From assembly GCF_009914755.1 (NCBI RefSeq), contig NC_060934.1: 64,000 nt of DNA. One strand, given 5' to 3'. The translations under genes and the position numbers were made by a program. Source of the stretch: the human T2T-CHM13v2.0 reference genome, Homo sapiens. This document shows, piece by piece, positions 14,606 to 30,945 of this stretch. Within the stretch, counting starts at the first letter, position 1. The number at the start of each line of letters is the position of its first letter. Below the pieces are notes generated by a model. It made no database searches. It saw nothing but the letters and a program-made list of their open reading frames with translations, and was not told where the DNA came from.

Positions 14606-14889
14606 GGCCCTGTGGTCGCTCACACCTATAATCCCAGCACTTCGGAAGGCCGAGGTGGGCAGATCAGGAGTTCGAGACCAGCCTGGTCAACATGGTGAAA
14701 CCCTGCCTCTATTAAAAACAAAAAAAGTAGCCGGGAGTGTTGGCAGGCGCCTGTAGTCCCAGCTACTCAGGAGGCTGAGGCAGGAGAATCGCTTGAACCC
14801 AGGAGGCGGAGGCTACAGTGAGCCAAGATCATGCCACTGTACTCCAGCCTGGGTGGCAGAGTGAAACTCCATCTTGAAAAAAAAAAAAA
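14606..14889 (+). mobile_element. AluS
   Basis: Alu consensus with a small left-arm deletion and A tail. Confidence 0.92.
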
Positions 14890-15465
14890 GGGAGAGAAAC
14901 AAAGGCCCAAGCCCAGAAGACTCAGCACTGTATATCTTACAGCAGCACTGGAAAGACTCCCTTACATCAATGTACCAGGCAAACAGTCACATTTTCCTCC
15001 CTGTCAATTTGTTATAAGCAATTACAACCCCTGGCCATAATTCCATGCTCACAGGAAACAGTCACCCAACACTGGATCTGCCCCAACTGAAGATAAATTC
15101 TAAGTGGAGAAAAGCAATATGCAAATGAATTATCTTTTTACACATCAGACATACTGCTCATATGCTCAGCCACCAGGTTCCACACAGACTCCAGGCAATA
15201 AGAGAAACTGAATTTCACAAGGTATGTCCTAGTGGCCTTTCATACTAGGAAACCGAGGTCAGCCCACAGGTTGATGTTAATGATCAATGCATAAGCTATT
15301 ATATAAATGTGTAATGAGCTTTCACACTGACATGCAAACAGAAGAACAATTCCGGGATCTACTAAGCACCCATTCCTATCATAACTGTTATAAGCTAGAC
15401 CACCACCCAAGATGATGGAACATCAAGGCCCAAACAAGAATGGATTGGCAAAGCCAGTTACAGGC

Positions 15466-16227
<762 letters not shown>

Positions 16228-16642
16228 AAGCACTCAATACTCCTGATCACTGGTACTCAGGGAGAACCTGTATTTCTATGCCATGCTGAGAATCAGGCTT
16301 GCTAGGAACAGTCTCCTCACAGGTCAGCTCAGGGTCTGCCACTACTAGACACCTGACCTCAGATACATCACTGGCCTATTATAGTACTTTCCCTGTGTGC
16401 CTCCCCTGGCTGAGGCAAGGTGCCACATCCATTATGTACCTCTAGAGCACCCTCACTACCTGCACCTCCACACGCACTGTATCATACTAGAACCTTCCTA
16501 TTTCATAGCCTGAAATGCACTGTTGATGTCTGTTGTGGAAGACAAGAGCCCTGCCCTCTGGGTGTTCATGAAGAAATAAACACCTGCAGGGTGGGGCCCA
16601 TGTCTACAGTGTTGATGAGACTGCTCTGTTAAACTACTTCTT

Positions 16643-16931
16643 GGCTGAGCACAGTGGCTCATACCTATAATCCCAGCACTTTGGGAGGCCGAGGGGGTGT
16701 ATCACCTGAGGTCAGGAGACCAAGACCAGCATGGCCAACATGGTGAAACCCCATCTCTACTAAAAATACAAAAAATTAGCCGGGTGTGGTGGCGGGCACC
16801 TATAAGCCCAACTACTCAAAAGGCTGAGGTTGAACCCGGGAAGCAGAGGTTGCAGTGAGCCGAGATCGCGCCATTGCATGCCAGCATAGGTGACAAGAGC
16901 AAAATGCCATCTCAAAAAATAAATAAATAAA
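16643..16931 (+). mobile_element. AluS
   Basis: Alu consensus with (TAAA)n tail. Confidence 0.93.
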
Positions 16932-17630
16932 GTATTTCTTAAGCCAAAGTTCCACATATAAGCAGAGATTTACCTACCCAATGGGGCACCCTCCCATCCC
17001 TGGGGCTAACATCAGAGCTCTCTTTCTCCTCATGCAGCAAAATGGGGCACCCCTAAAACACTGTGAAAGACTGAGCAACAGAGGGAATGACACCAACAAG
17101 AGATGCAAATCTCCAAGAAAATACCAGGGCCCAGCTGGGCTTCTGTCCCTGCTCTCTTCTGCATTCCTTCGATGCAGCCCGCTGCTCCACAGGGGTGATG
17201 GTAAATGTCCCACCCATTCCATGATGGAGATGTAGTGAGGGGAGAAGAAATGCATGGGGACAGGGGAAAGGGGTGTGGGGACCAGCCTATGTGCAGGCAA
17301 GCCAGGAGAAAGGAGATACTGAAAGGATCCTTATTCAGAGGACCAGTGACCAGTTGTGACACTCAGAGGACTTCATGGACATACTGGCATTTTCACATCA
17401 GCTCACATGACTAAAGCAGCCCCTGGCTGAGAAACATTCCATTACGTATCCCTCCCCAGGTGGTCAGTCAGCTCTACAAGCATAGCCTTTCCTAACAGTC
17501 TTTCTCCACTCCACTCTGCTGTTTGAAAATGCCTCCTTGGCTCTCCCAATATCTTCTGTCCCCTTCTCAGTCTCAATAATAGTAACCAGAATTTACTGAA
17601 TTATTACTACTTATGTGTCATGCATAGTTC

Positions 17631-17949
17631 TTTTCTTTCCTTTTTTTTTTTTTTTTTTTTTTTGAGTTGGAGTCTTGCTCTGTTGCCCAGGCTGGAGTGG
17701 TATAGTACTGTGATCTTGGCTCACTGCAGGCTCAACCTCCCAGGCTCAAGAGATCCTCCCACCTCAGCCTTCCAAGTAGCTGGGACTACAGGCTTGCACC
17801 ACCACACCCAGCTAATTTTTCAAGTTTTTGTAGAGATGGGGGTCTCCCTATGTTGCCCGGGCTGGTCTCGAACTCCTGGGCTCAACTGACTCTCCCACCT
17901 CGACCTCCCAAAGTGCTGGGATTACAGGTGTGAGCCACCAGGCCCAGCC
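17631..17949 (-). mobile_element. AluJ
   Basis: TSD CATAGTTCT. Confidence 0.93.
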
Positions 17950-18349
17950 CATAGTTCTAAAGACTTGAATGACTGGGTCATCTAATCCTCCCTGCAATCC
18001 TGTGAGGTAGGTGCTATTACTTCCTCCATTTCACAGGTGATACAACTGAGGCACAGGGCAGTGACTTGCCCTAAGACCTAAATCTAGGAAGTAGCAAAGC
18101 CAGGATTTGAACCCAGGCAGCCTGAGTGCAAAGACTATACTCTCAGTTGCCCTACCTCACCTCAGGGAGAGAAGAGCCACACTCAAAGATAAGAGACCTG
18201 TTCCTAGCTCAGTCTTAAACAAATGGCTTTTCTGTGCCTCAGTTGCCTCCACCATGAAATGCTAATCATAAATGTCGGGTCTAGAAACACAGAATCTTAG
18301 CTCTATGATCAGCCTGCCTAAGAGTTCCTCCTGAGATTACAGAAACACT

Positions 18350-18515
18350 CTACAACTGCCCATGCCGACCGTAGGGCAGTCACTAGTCACACGTGCCTAC
18401 AGAGCATTTGTGGCTAGCATGACCGAGAAGCTGAATTTTTAATGGTATTTCAATCTAATTAATTTCAATAGCCACATGTGGCTACTAGCTACTATACTGG
18501 ACAGCTCAGCTCTAG
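18350..18515. mobile_element. MER3-like hAT-Charlie element
   Basis: GTGGCTAGCATGACCGAGAAGCTGAATTTTTAAT...AATAGCCACATGTGGCTACTAGCTACTATACTGGACAGC. Confidence 0.7.
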
Positions 18516-21311
18516 TCTATAAATTCCAAGAGGGAAGGTGCCATTTCTCTTTGTTCGCTGCTATATTCCCAGAGCCCAGCATGGACGCTGGTCTATAACC
18601 GGTGCTCAATAACTATTTGATGAACAAATCAAAAGCAAAGGACTTTTCAGGTGCTCTAATAGTACCTCATCTCCCACACAGGCATTGATTCTTCATGTTC
18701 CCTGGAGAGTGGACATTTAGCCTTGGCTTGACACAGAATTCAGGGCTTCCTAATGCAGTCTGGTAGGGAGTTGCTCTTACAATAAAAAATATCTTCCACT
18801 GAGCTAAATCAATATCCCTAAAATTTCTAGTTACTAGTCCTGGCACATAAACTCAGAAGTGTGGGAAAACCAAAAGAAGTTATGAAAAAACACTTAAATG
18901 TTTTTAAACACCTGAATGCAGGGATACATCTATAATTCATTTTCATGGTTAAGATGAATCTGATCTTAACTGGTAACAAGTCTTTCTCCGCTCCACTGTG
19001 CTGTTTGAAATGAATATATGACTACTATCTGTTTGGGAGAAAACAATCCTCTAGTGTCAAGGCTGTGGTCCAGAATTGCTGTCTCCATTGATTTTAATAC
19101 CAATGCATTTGAGTCCCCCAACTCCATAAGTGGGCCAGGGAACGTGCAGCTAGGCCCTCAACAAGCTAGGCTTGTTCTCCAAGCAGGGTCTGGGGATTCT
19201 GGCAGAACAACTCACATTTTCATATTTCCTACATACCTCCTATGTACCAACAACTGTGATAGACACAGGAGATACAGAGGATGGCGACGTGATACTCACA
19301 AGGAGCCCTCGGTTTAGAAAAAGGGAGAGTCAAAATGTGCAGAGGACTTACTTTGTACAAGGCACTGAACTAAGCCAGGAGAAAGACATATAAACCAAAC
19401 ACAATCAACTCAGTGTGGCCCATGCCAAAACAAACATACATACAAAACACCACAGTGGCTGCCTTAGAAGAGACACGTAGAGAATCCTAGCACCGTGGCT
19501 TGCACACAGCAGGTGCTCAATGCAGAGAACTGAATCAAACCTTGACCAACATCTCATTTTAAGGCTGGGAAAACCAAGGCCCAGATAGGTTAAGGGACTT
19601 CTCAAAGTGACTCAGGTAGTTACTGACAGGGCTGAAGACAGCAACACTCTGTAACACTGTCTCCCTCCCAGTGCGTCTTATCCTCCACTGCATGGGGAGA
19701 ATAGGCAGGATCTGCTGCCTATTATTATGTCTATCTCAGAATAAGCGACGGATTTATTTTTGCAACACTGTATGTTTGGGTGTCTTGAAATCTGATGACT
19801 AAATGTACGCATATCATCCTAGGAACGGGCTTTCAATCATTTAACAAACACTTCTTGAGAATATACCCTATATCAGGCACAAATTTAAGTGTGTGAATGA
19901 AGAAATGAAACAAACTTTTGGTCAAATCAGAGAGCTGAACACCCATGTTTATCTCTGCTCTCTTCTGGACTCCCACTAAAAGGACAGTAGACGGATGCAT
20001 TTCTTAATGAAAAAAGAGACCCCAGCAGATGAGATATGTCAACAGCAGTGGAGAGCTGACCACCATGCAGTAGCTGATTTCGGTTTCCGCATTGTCTGCT
20101 CTGCTAAGTGCAAGCAGAGCAGGAGCCACTAAACAAGTGCCCAACTCATGGCACAGAACACAAAGACAGTTCAGGAAGTGGAGGCACCAAGGACTCTAAA
20201 GGGAAAAGCAGGGTAAAGCTAAAAAGAAGGGTGCCTGCCTGCAAGTTGGTACAAAGAGCAGTCAGACCCAGGGTCCCTCTTGCAGTCTGCTCAGCCTGGT
20301 GATTTCCCTGCCTCAGCTAGCAGAAGGTGGAGATCCACTGATCAGGTAACTTACACCAGAGATACAGCCAAGGGAGGGACACAGCTGAGGGAGGTAGAGA
20401 GATGGGAGAGAGGGATGGCAGGTGGGGGCAACTTTCAAAAGACCCAGGGATTGAGTGAAAGTCTGCATATCAAACAGACTAATACCTAGCCCCTTTCCCC
20501 ATGGAGGCTCCCAGAATGCAGGAAGGCCAGGCTGTTTACCACCCCACCCCACCCTACCCCACACCCAGGTAAAATCCTCTCCAAGAAAGCCCTATCCAGG
20601 AAAGCCCCAGGAAAAAGATCTACCGGCGCTGATATCTAGGCTGCTCCAGTAGAGAAAAAGGGGGCTCTCTGCTGGGTCACTCTACAATGAAGTTAACGAC
20701 TCCCTTCCTTGTGGCACTGATGCCCAATCAGCATTTCGGTGTCCATTCTTAAAATATACATAGACAGTCAAGGATCAGCATGCATGGAAGGATAGCTGCA
20801 ATGGAAGATACAGTAACCAAAACAAATGGAAAAAGGGACTTGGAAGAAACAACATCTTCCAAGGGACAGCAGGGAACAGCAGAAAACCATAAAAAAAACA
20901 AAAACAAACAAACAAAACCCTTAATATAAAGGAATTTACTGTACCCATGAAACAAGAATAGAATGTCATCTAAAAAAGAAAAGCAAGTATTCAGAGAACT
21001 AGGGAGCTCTTACAAAGTAAAACATGCAAATATGTTCCACGTAAACACATGAAAGCACAGTTAAAAATGGAAAAGAGTTGAAGATAAAGCTGAAGATAGC
21101 TCTCTGAAAGACAAAAATATAATAAAATGAAAAAAGGAAATAAAATGTTTTAAAATTATAAACTTGCTCCAGGAAGTCCAACATTCAGCTAATAGGCATG
21201 CCAAAGACAAAACACAGAAAATGGAGAAAATGAAATTATTAAAATATATCTAATTAAGAAAATTTCCCCAAACTGAAAGACGTCAATCTTCAGATCAAAA
21301 AGGCACACACC

Positions 21312-21711
<400 letters not shown>

Positions 21712-22125
21712 TTATCCATAAATGATCAAGAATCAGAATGGTATCCGAATTTTGATACCAATATTAGAACCTAGATGACAGTGGAATGATGGCTTCAAAA
21801 TTCTAAGGGAAATGGCTTTCGACTTCAAATTCTAGATGAATCAAATCACCAATCGAATATGAATGTAGAATATGAACATTTTCAGACCTGTAAGCTTAAA
21901 GTGATCAACTTCCACAGACCCTCTCTCAGAAACTTGTGGAGGAATAAATCAACAAAGGAAACAGGATCCCACCCAGGATAAGGTGAGGGAATTCCCAGGA
22001 TGAGTCATGCCACAGGCCTAGAGGTCAATGGGCAAGAACAAAGGAGACAGAATGGAGGCCTATAGGAGGGAAGTCTCCAAGCGGGCGTAAAAAAAAAAAA
22101 ACAGTAATAAAATAAAAAGGAACAA

Positions 22126-22424
<299 letters not shown>

Positions 22425-22755
22425 AGGAACACATGTTATAAAACAAATGTCTTAAGATGCTGTCAAATACTTTGAGAATTAGCAATAAGTACATAGAAAC
22501 TAAGTAAATAGAAAATGTAAGATAATTATTAACTCAAAAAATGTACAAGAAAGAAAATATTATAGTATACTATATGGCTCTGTCATGAACACTATTTACA
22601 CAGCCAAAATAATGTAAGCACCAAATATCAATGTAATCAAAAACTGTGATATATCTATAATGAGAGGATAGGGAGAAAGGGAAGTATTGGGGGGCAGAGG
22701 AGAGGATCTAATCCATAGTAAGACATCAAGACATAACATCTAAAAGTAACCTCTA

Positions 22756-22915
22756 AGCTGGGCATGGTGACTCACACCTGTAATCCCAGAACTTTAGGAG
22801 GCCCAGGTAGGAGGAGTGCTTCAGGCCAGGAGTTAAAGTCCACCCTGGCCTCAAGCAGGGTCTCAACATAGCAAGACCCTGTCTCTACAAAAAGAAAAAT
22901 AAGGAAAAATAAAAA
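22756..22915 (+). mobile_element. FLAM (free left Alu monomer) with an internal micro-insertion
   Basis: Single left arm plus A-rich tail; TSD AAAAGTAACCTCTAA/AAAATAACATCTAA. Confidence 0.85.
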
Positions 22916-23064
22916 TAACATCTAAAATGGACAATCAGAAAACAGCATTGTAAGCAGGTAACAATAAATATGATAGTAATATCAGGAGAAACAGCTCAGT
23001 GCATTAGAAGTAACTGTTGTAAACAGAGTAACAGCAGCCCCTCAAGGATGTCTATATCCTAACT

Positions 23065-24365
<1,301 letters not shown>

Positions 24366-25548
24366 GAAAGGCATCTCTTTAAGATGTGAGGGGAGTCTGA
24401 GGGGAGAAGGCATCAGCCAGGAAACGCAGAAAAAGGCCTTCTGGTGAGGGAACCAGTCCTGGTGGGGGGTGCAGGGGGGCCTGGCCTTTGGGGACGTGGA
24501 GTAGGGAATGACCGGGCATCTGGTGGTTTGGCAGAGCCAGCAGGAAAGCATGGAGGGGTGGTTCTCAGCACCAGCAGGTTTGATGCCTACCCTATCCCCG
24601 GCTTCTCCAGTTGGGGTATGAGACTGATATGCATATTTACAGAGGGCTGGTACAAATGAGGGCCCACAATAAACACATTTTCGTAGAACGTCAATTGTAT
24701 TCAACAGTAAAGCAACTTAAATACTTTTATACTAAAACCAGTACACATATATTACAGAGAATACAAACCTAATGTGACAAGATGACTTCTTGTTTGCAAG
24801 GCCCACTTTAGATACTAAAGTACTTGCTGACCACTGAGCATCAAGAGTCAATCCTCTCTGTAACTAATTAGAGTCAGAAGAAAATCATAAAGCGGTACAG
24901 CATCCATCCATCAAAGAATCCGGGAACTTTACACCAGCAACTGTCGGTGGGTGCCCACCCTCCCAAGGTGGGCAGAAGACATACCTTGGGTCCCACTCAA
25001 CACTAATCAGAAAGTTAACAAGCATCTCATTCTTTTCCAAAAGGGTCTGGGTCCTGCTACAGCCAGTTAGGTTAGCTCAGCCTGAGGAAACAGAGAAAAC
25101 AACGATGCTAATTCTTCCTAGATATACTCTCTAGGCCATAGCCCGCCAGCCCCTATTCTAAGCAGTACCGCAGTCACTGAGAAGAGCCCCACCTCCACTA
25201 TCAGCACCCCTAACCCCTTACAGTACAGGCCTCTGTTACAGAATGCATTAAAGACACTTTTTCCATGGAAGGAAGTCTAGAAACAGGGTACATCCCTTGA
25301 GAGAGGGTGTCCCTTGTGGTCCACAATACAAGGGTGGAAACTTTTTTCTATTGTTGTGAAAACAATAACCGCATGACAGAGACCTGGGAACTTTTTTTTC
25401 TATAAAAAGCCACTGCTGACCACAGAAGAAGTGGGGGGATAAATCAATGGAAGGCCACACAGAAGTAAAAAGTAATTTAGTTGGATTTGGTTCATTTGCC
25501 TCTTTTTTGTTTTGTGTGTAAAACACATACACATTCAAAAAAGACTGA

Positions 25549-26056
<508 letters not shown>

Positions 26057-27166
26057 TGAAGAACAGAGAACATGAAATTTTAATGGCAATAGATTAAAAG
26101 AAACTACAAAGATATATTGTTGATAATAAAGAAAGAATGAGGGAGGAGGGCAAGGAGAAAGAGGTAAGAAAAAGAAATGGATAGTGGAGGGAGATGTAGC
26201 AAAAGAAGAATGGGAGACAGCAAGATTCAGGGACGGGTCCACATGCCTAACCGCACACAAAAAGGGGGAGCCACCAAAGGACCCACAGAGACACTTTCTA
26301 GGGCTTGAAGAGTTAGCCAAAGTCAGTTACATTGTTCATGGCCAGCTGTTGGCTGTAGCTCCAGACCTTGAACTATTATCACCTTTTATCCTTGCCTTTG
26401 AATGGTTAGTGCTCTGGTCAACCACTGTTCACAGCTCTTTAATTGCTCATTGAAACATTCTGAGGCTTAGCTTAGGTCACAAGCCAGAAGCTCCCCCAAA
26501 TGAGCTACAATTCAGTAAATCATTCATCTCCAAGTATCTCCTCTGAAAAGGGAGTATTCGAAACACTATCTCATAAAACATTCAAAGCACTGATGAAAAT
26601 CCAAGGAGAAAATGCTGCTTGCACTGAAACGAAATCCATGGAAAAGTGTTTTGAGTTTTGCATTTACAAAAAAACCGGGACTTCAGCAGAACTGAGTCCC
26701 ACCTCAGCATCAGCCAGCATCACCACCCGCACACCTGACTTCCCACATGTCCACATTCTGCATGCTCCCGTGGATCTAAAGGCCTCAGTTGGTCCTGAAA
26801 CTAAGCAGCCTCCATGACACTTTGCAATCTGAGGGTCAACAGGAGCAATCCCAAGGAGATTCCAAGACAGTCTCAGGCTGAGGTTGAACTCTCAGTCCAC
26901 CCCCCCACCCCCCATCCTAGGCTACCAAACCTCCCCTCACTTCACCCCAAGGGCTGCAGAAGAGCTCAGCTGTTTCAGAGACAATAGAGCCTCCCCCTTT
27001 CAAGCTCCATCCTTTTCTCCTCCAAGCTTGGTTTCTGTGTTTTTCCCTTCCCCACATAATCTGTCCCCAGCCTCCTACTTTCTCGTCTGTTTCTCCAATC
27101 TCTCTCTTCTTGTGCTCCTATTTCCTCCTCATGTTTCGCTATTCCATCTTAGAATCATTTCTCTCA

Positions 27167-27540
<374 letters not shown>

Positions 27541-29689
27541 CTATCCCCCCGAGTTCCCACCCCAGCTCCACATCTTGCTAGCTGTGCAACCTTGGAAAAA
27601 TGGCCAAACCTCCCAACCCCTCAAATTCCTCAGTTTGGCGGGGGAGGGGGAGGAACATGGCAATCACAGAGGTCTTTTATAACTCTCATCTTCTAGATAG
27701 GTAAACGTTCACCTGTATAACCATGAATAAACCAGCAAGTTAAACATCCACAGGGAAAGAGAACAAATTACAGAAACTCCCTTTCCTCAGCAATCTATCA
27801 TCCCACCCTCATCTCCCACAACCACTCACTCTGGGGTCTGTGCCTCTCACTCTGGACCGTTCTAGCTCTGAATTGTTTACATACTTACAGTAAAACCTCA
27901 CAAATCACACTAATCAAGGAAAAGGTAGATGTGAATCCAACAGAAGCCTGCATCCTAGAATGCTTCTTCTATGCCATTGTGCAATACTTTGAATTTATTA
28001 TCAATTTAGCAAACAGGAAAGAACCTGAAAATGCCATCACAAACTGTGACTCTAAGAACAGTGGAGTTGTCAGGAACCCTGGAAGACCTTCTGCCCTATC
28101 ATCCTCCACTTCACCAGCAAGGACACAGGCCCAGAGAGCAGAAGCCACTAGCCCAAAGCCCAAAGATTGGTGGCCAGGACCAAAGCTAGCTGTCCTGCCT
28201 CTGGTCCAGAGCTTCTCCACCAAAGCTTTTTGAGACCATCCATGCCTTTCTCCTAGAGACAGGTCAAATCCTAAATTACCATAGAGTGCCCTCTACAGCA
28301 AATCTATCTCCACATCCAGGGAAGGGTCTGGAGATAAGTTAGGATGACCTGATCATTATCAATGCTGCACAATAAAAACTTTCTTTCCTGGCCCTGCCCT
28401 TTCATTGTTTACAAAGAAAACCCTAGACTCTGCTATCTGTATTGAACTCTTATTTTAGAGAAGGGGAAAGAGAGGAACAGCTGAACAGTGCTTTGTTCTG
28501 CCAGGAAGAATTTGCTCATCCTTTCCCATAACTCCTACCCACTCCCCAATATGCCCAATCTCTTCCGAAAAGTATACAGAAACTCTCCAACTACAACAAA
28601 TGAAAGCAGGTAGGAGAAGGAAAAGGCCAACAAGGCGGGTATCGTCCACAAGATGACAATACCCTCCCAACTCTTTACCCCACAGGGTAGACAGCAGTTC
28701 ATTTCAGTTGCTAATTCCCTGCAGGGAAGTCGCCAAAGGAGTGGTCTCAGGGCCCTCCAGCTGAGAAATGTGCTCTCTGCAACCCCTGGAGAACTAACCC
28801 TTTCCTAACCATCTGCTCCAACAGTGCCTTGGGCAAAGGTGCCAACAGACCAACCCTTCCCTTCTTTCCCCTCAGGCCAAGAAAGAGACATCAGAGCTTG
28901 GTTGGCAAGGGGCTATTTAAGGCAGCATCCAGAGGGCGGGGCAGAAAACTGCTGGAGGCATCCTCCTCCTCCACCCCTCCCCCTCACAGCCCAAACACAC
29001 GCCCCTCACTCTGTAGACAGCCATCTGCCTCATCGGTGTCTGAAGGCTGTAGATATGTCCATCATCTGTCTTCTGTCATTGATGCTGCTGACCCCTCTGT
29101 GTCCACCCCACTTTTAATCCAACCCTCCTCTCTTCGATCACCACCAAGATACCTTTCCAACCAAAACCACAGAATTGAATCTAAGCAGAGGAGCTCAAAA
29201 CACAAGGAGAGTGAAGACAGCCAATCCATCCCCCGCCTCCACTTAAGAGGAAAAAAGGGCGCGGGGGGCTGGGCGGGGGGGGGGGTGTTGAGGGGAGAGA
29301 TGGAGTCAGAGGCCTGACACGCCAGATAGGTTCCATGATGTCTCTAGATGAACCTCCCTCCTATTGACGATGAAACCAATTCCAGCAATTTCAGCAGGTC
29401 GGCCCTGTGACAACAGGGGCATCCCAACGCTCAGTGTTTAAAACAAAAATCCAAAGGCTCGCCCAGAACATGCTGGGAAAAACCGAGGACTGAACAAAAC
29501 GAGCCATGCTCAGTGGGATCCCTTCTGCTTTTACGTAGCAATGTAATAGCGTAATAAATTCTTGTCTGCCTGGAGAAAGCATGCACTGGTGAATTTCAAA
29601 GCCATCTTACGACAGCGGATGCATGGGGATGCAGAATTCGACAGCACATTCCCCCATGAAGGAAACATAATGACTTCAAGCCTCTTTCC

Positions 29690-30945
29690 CCTCTATCTTG
29701 AATGGCGCTACCACGTATCAGGGAAGCCACATCGGAAAGCAGCGAGGTGGTAGCAGGGGATGCCCGGGGAATTCGGAGAAAGGAGTTGCTTGCTGTCCAT
29801 GTCGGTGATGAGCTGCCTAGCAAGATGCTGTCAGCCACTCGGGGAGAAGAAGGGGCACGGGCGGCACGGGCAGGCGCGGTGTCCCCGGCGCATACTAGTC
29901 CCCGTTCATTCAGGCGGGTCCGGCCAACCGCGTCGTCCTTGCGCCCCTCCCGCCGCCCTCTCCAGGGGATGCTGATGAATGAACACACCTGAGATGCCTC
30001 CATCCCGCCGCTCGCTCCCTCCGCCTTCCTCTGGCTGCTGCAGAGGTGCCCCTCCTCGGTAGTTTCACTTTACAGCACAAACCCATTCGGGCTTTGATGT
30101 CTCCTCCACCCACCCAAATTGCAGCCACCCTGAGACGGGCGGACATTCTCTCCTAGCAGAGGCCATGATCGTACTACCCCACACCCACCAAAAAAGGAAA
30201 TTTAAAAACCCCCAACCCTGGAAGCCCCCAGATCCTCCGCACCCTGGGGAACTTTCCTTGAAAGACTGGGGATTCGCCGAGCAGGCAGGATGGACGGTTC
30301 GGCCGCGAGGGACCACCGCTTTCCCTGTGCCCATGGGGGGATGCTCTGGGGGAGGGGGTCCCCCAAGTCCCTCCAACAGCTGGCCCTTTAAATGCGCCTC
30401 CTCCGAGCGCGGAACAAAGGCGCCGCCCGCGGGGGCCGAGCCGCGCACACCCCCGGCGCTGCCGCCGCCGAGCGGGCAAGCGCGGCCGGGCGGGCGAGCG
30501 CGGGCTTACCTTGCTGGTCGCCGGGCGGGCGGGCTGCGCGCGTCCGCCCCACTCGCACTACACGCTGCAGCTGGCCCCGCTCTGTTTTTCTGGGACTCAG
30601 CGCTGACTTCACCGACACTCCGCGGACAACCAATGGGCTGCGGTGCCCGCCCCCTCATTAGCATGCCTCTGGAACCGTCCACTCTGGCAGCGCCCGGCCA
30701 GTGGGCGGGGCCGGGGGCGGGGCCGGGCCCAGCCGTGACAGGAAGGGGCGTGTGCGCGGATGGGAGGCGAAGAAGTGTCCGGCGCCCGGCTCCTGGCATT
30801 GTGAGCCCGCCGGCCTCCGCCGGTAACGGGCGCGCGGGCCTAGTAACCCTTTCCGTCCTGGCCGGGCCGGACGCTGGCCTGGCGCGCCTTCTGGTCCTTC
30901 GGAAGGGTCGCCCACGGGGAGCTTGGAAGGAACCTTAGACGTAAA
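29690..30945. promoter_or_regulatory. CpG island containing the promoter, first exon and start of intron 1 of a minus-strand gene
   Basis: Abrupt rise in GC and CpG density against CpG-depleted flanks. CCAAT box at 30630-30634, GC boxes at 30646-30653 and 30703-30727, octamer-like CTCATTAGCAT at 30654-30664, ETS-type CAGGAAG near 30739. Confidence 0.93.
30510..30600 (-). other. SORBS1: Non-coding first exon (5' UTR) of a minus-strand gene, probably SORBS1; TSS position approximate
   Basis: Minus strand reads ...GCCCGCCCGGCGACCAGCAAG|GTAAGC, a consensus donor just downstream of the CCAAT/GC boxes, with no ATG in the exon. The gene name comes from recall of the SORBS1 5' UTR and a neighbouring RPS3A retrocopy, not from alignment. 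Confidence 0.72.

Noticed and set aside
16980-17052. 12-bp direct repeat AATGGGGCACCC
   Set aside because: Short and isolated, with no further structure.
28830-28842. TGGGCA-A-AGGTGC as a possible PPAR/RXR DR1 element
   Set aside because: Both half-sites are degenerate and such matches are frequent by chance; the idea relied on prior knowledge of the gene rather than on the sequence.
30165-30938. 257-aa + strand ORF and overlapping ORFs across the CpG island
   Set aside because: Pro/Gly/Ala/Arg-rich with no recognisable domain; stop codons are rare in very GC-rich DNA, and it runs antisense through the promoter.
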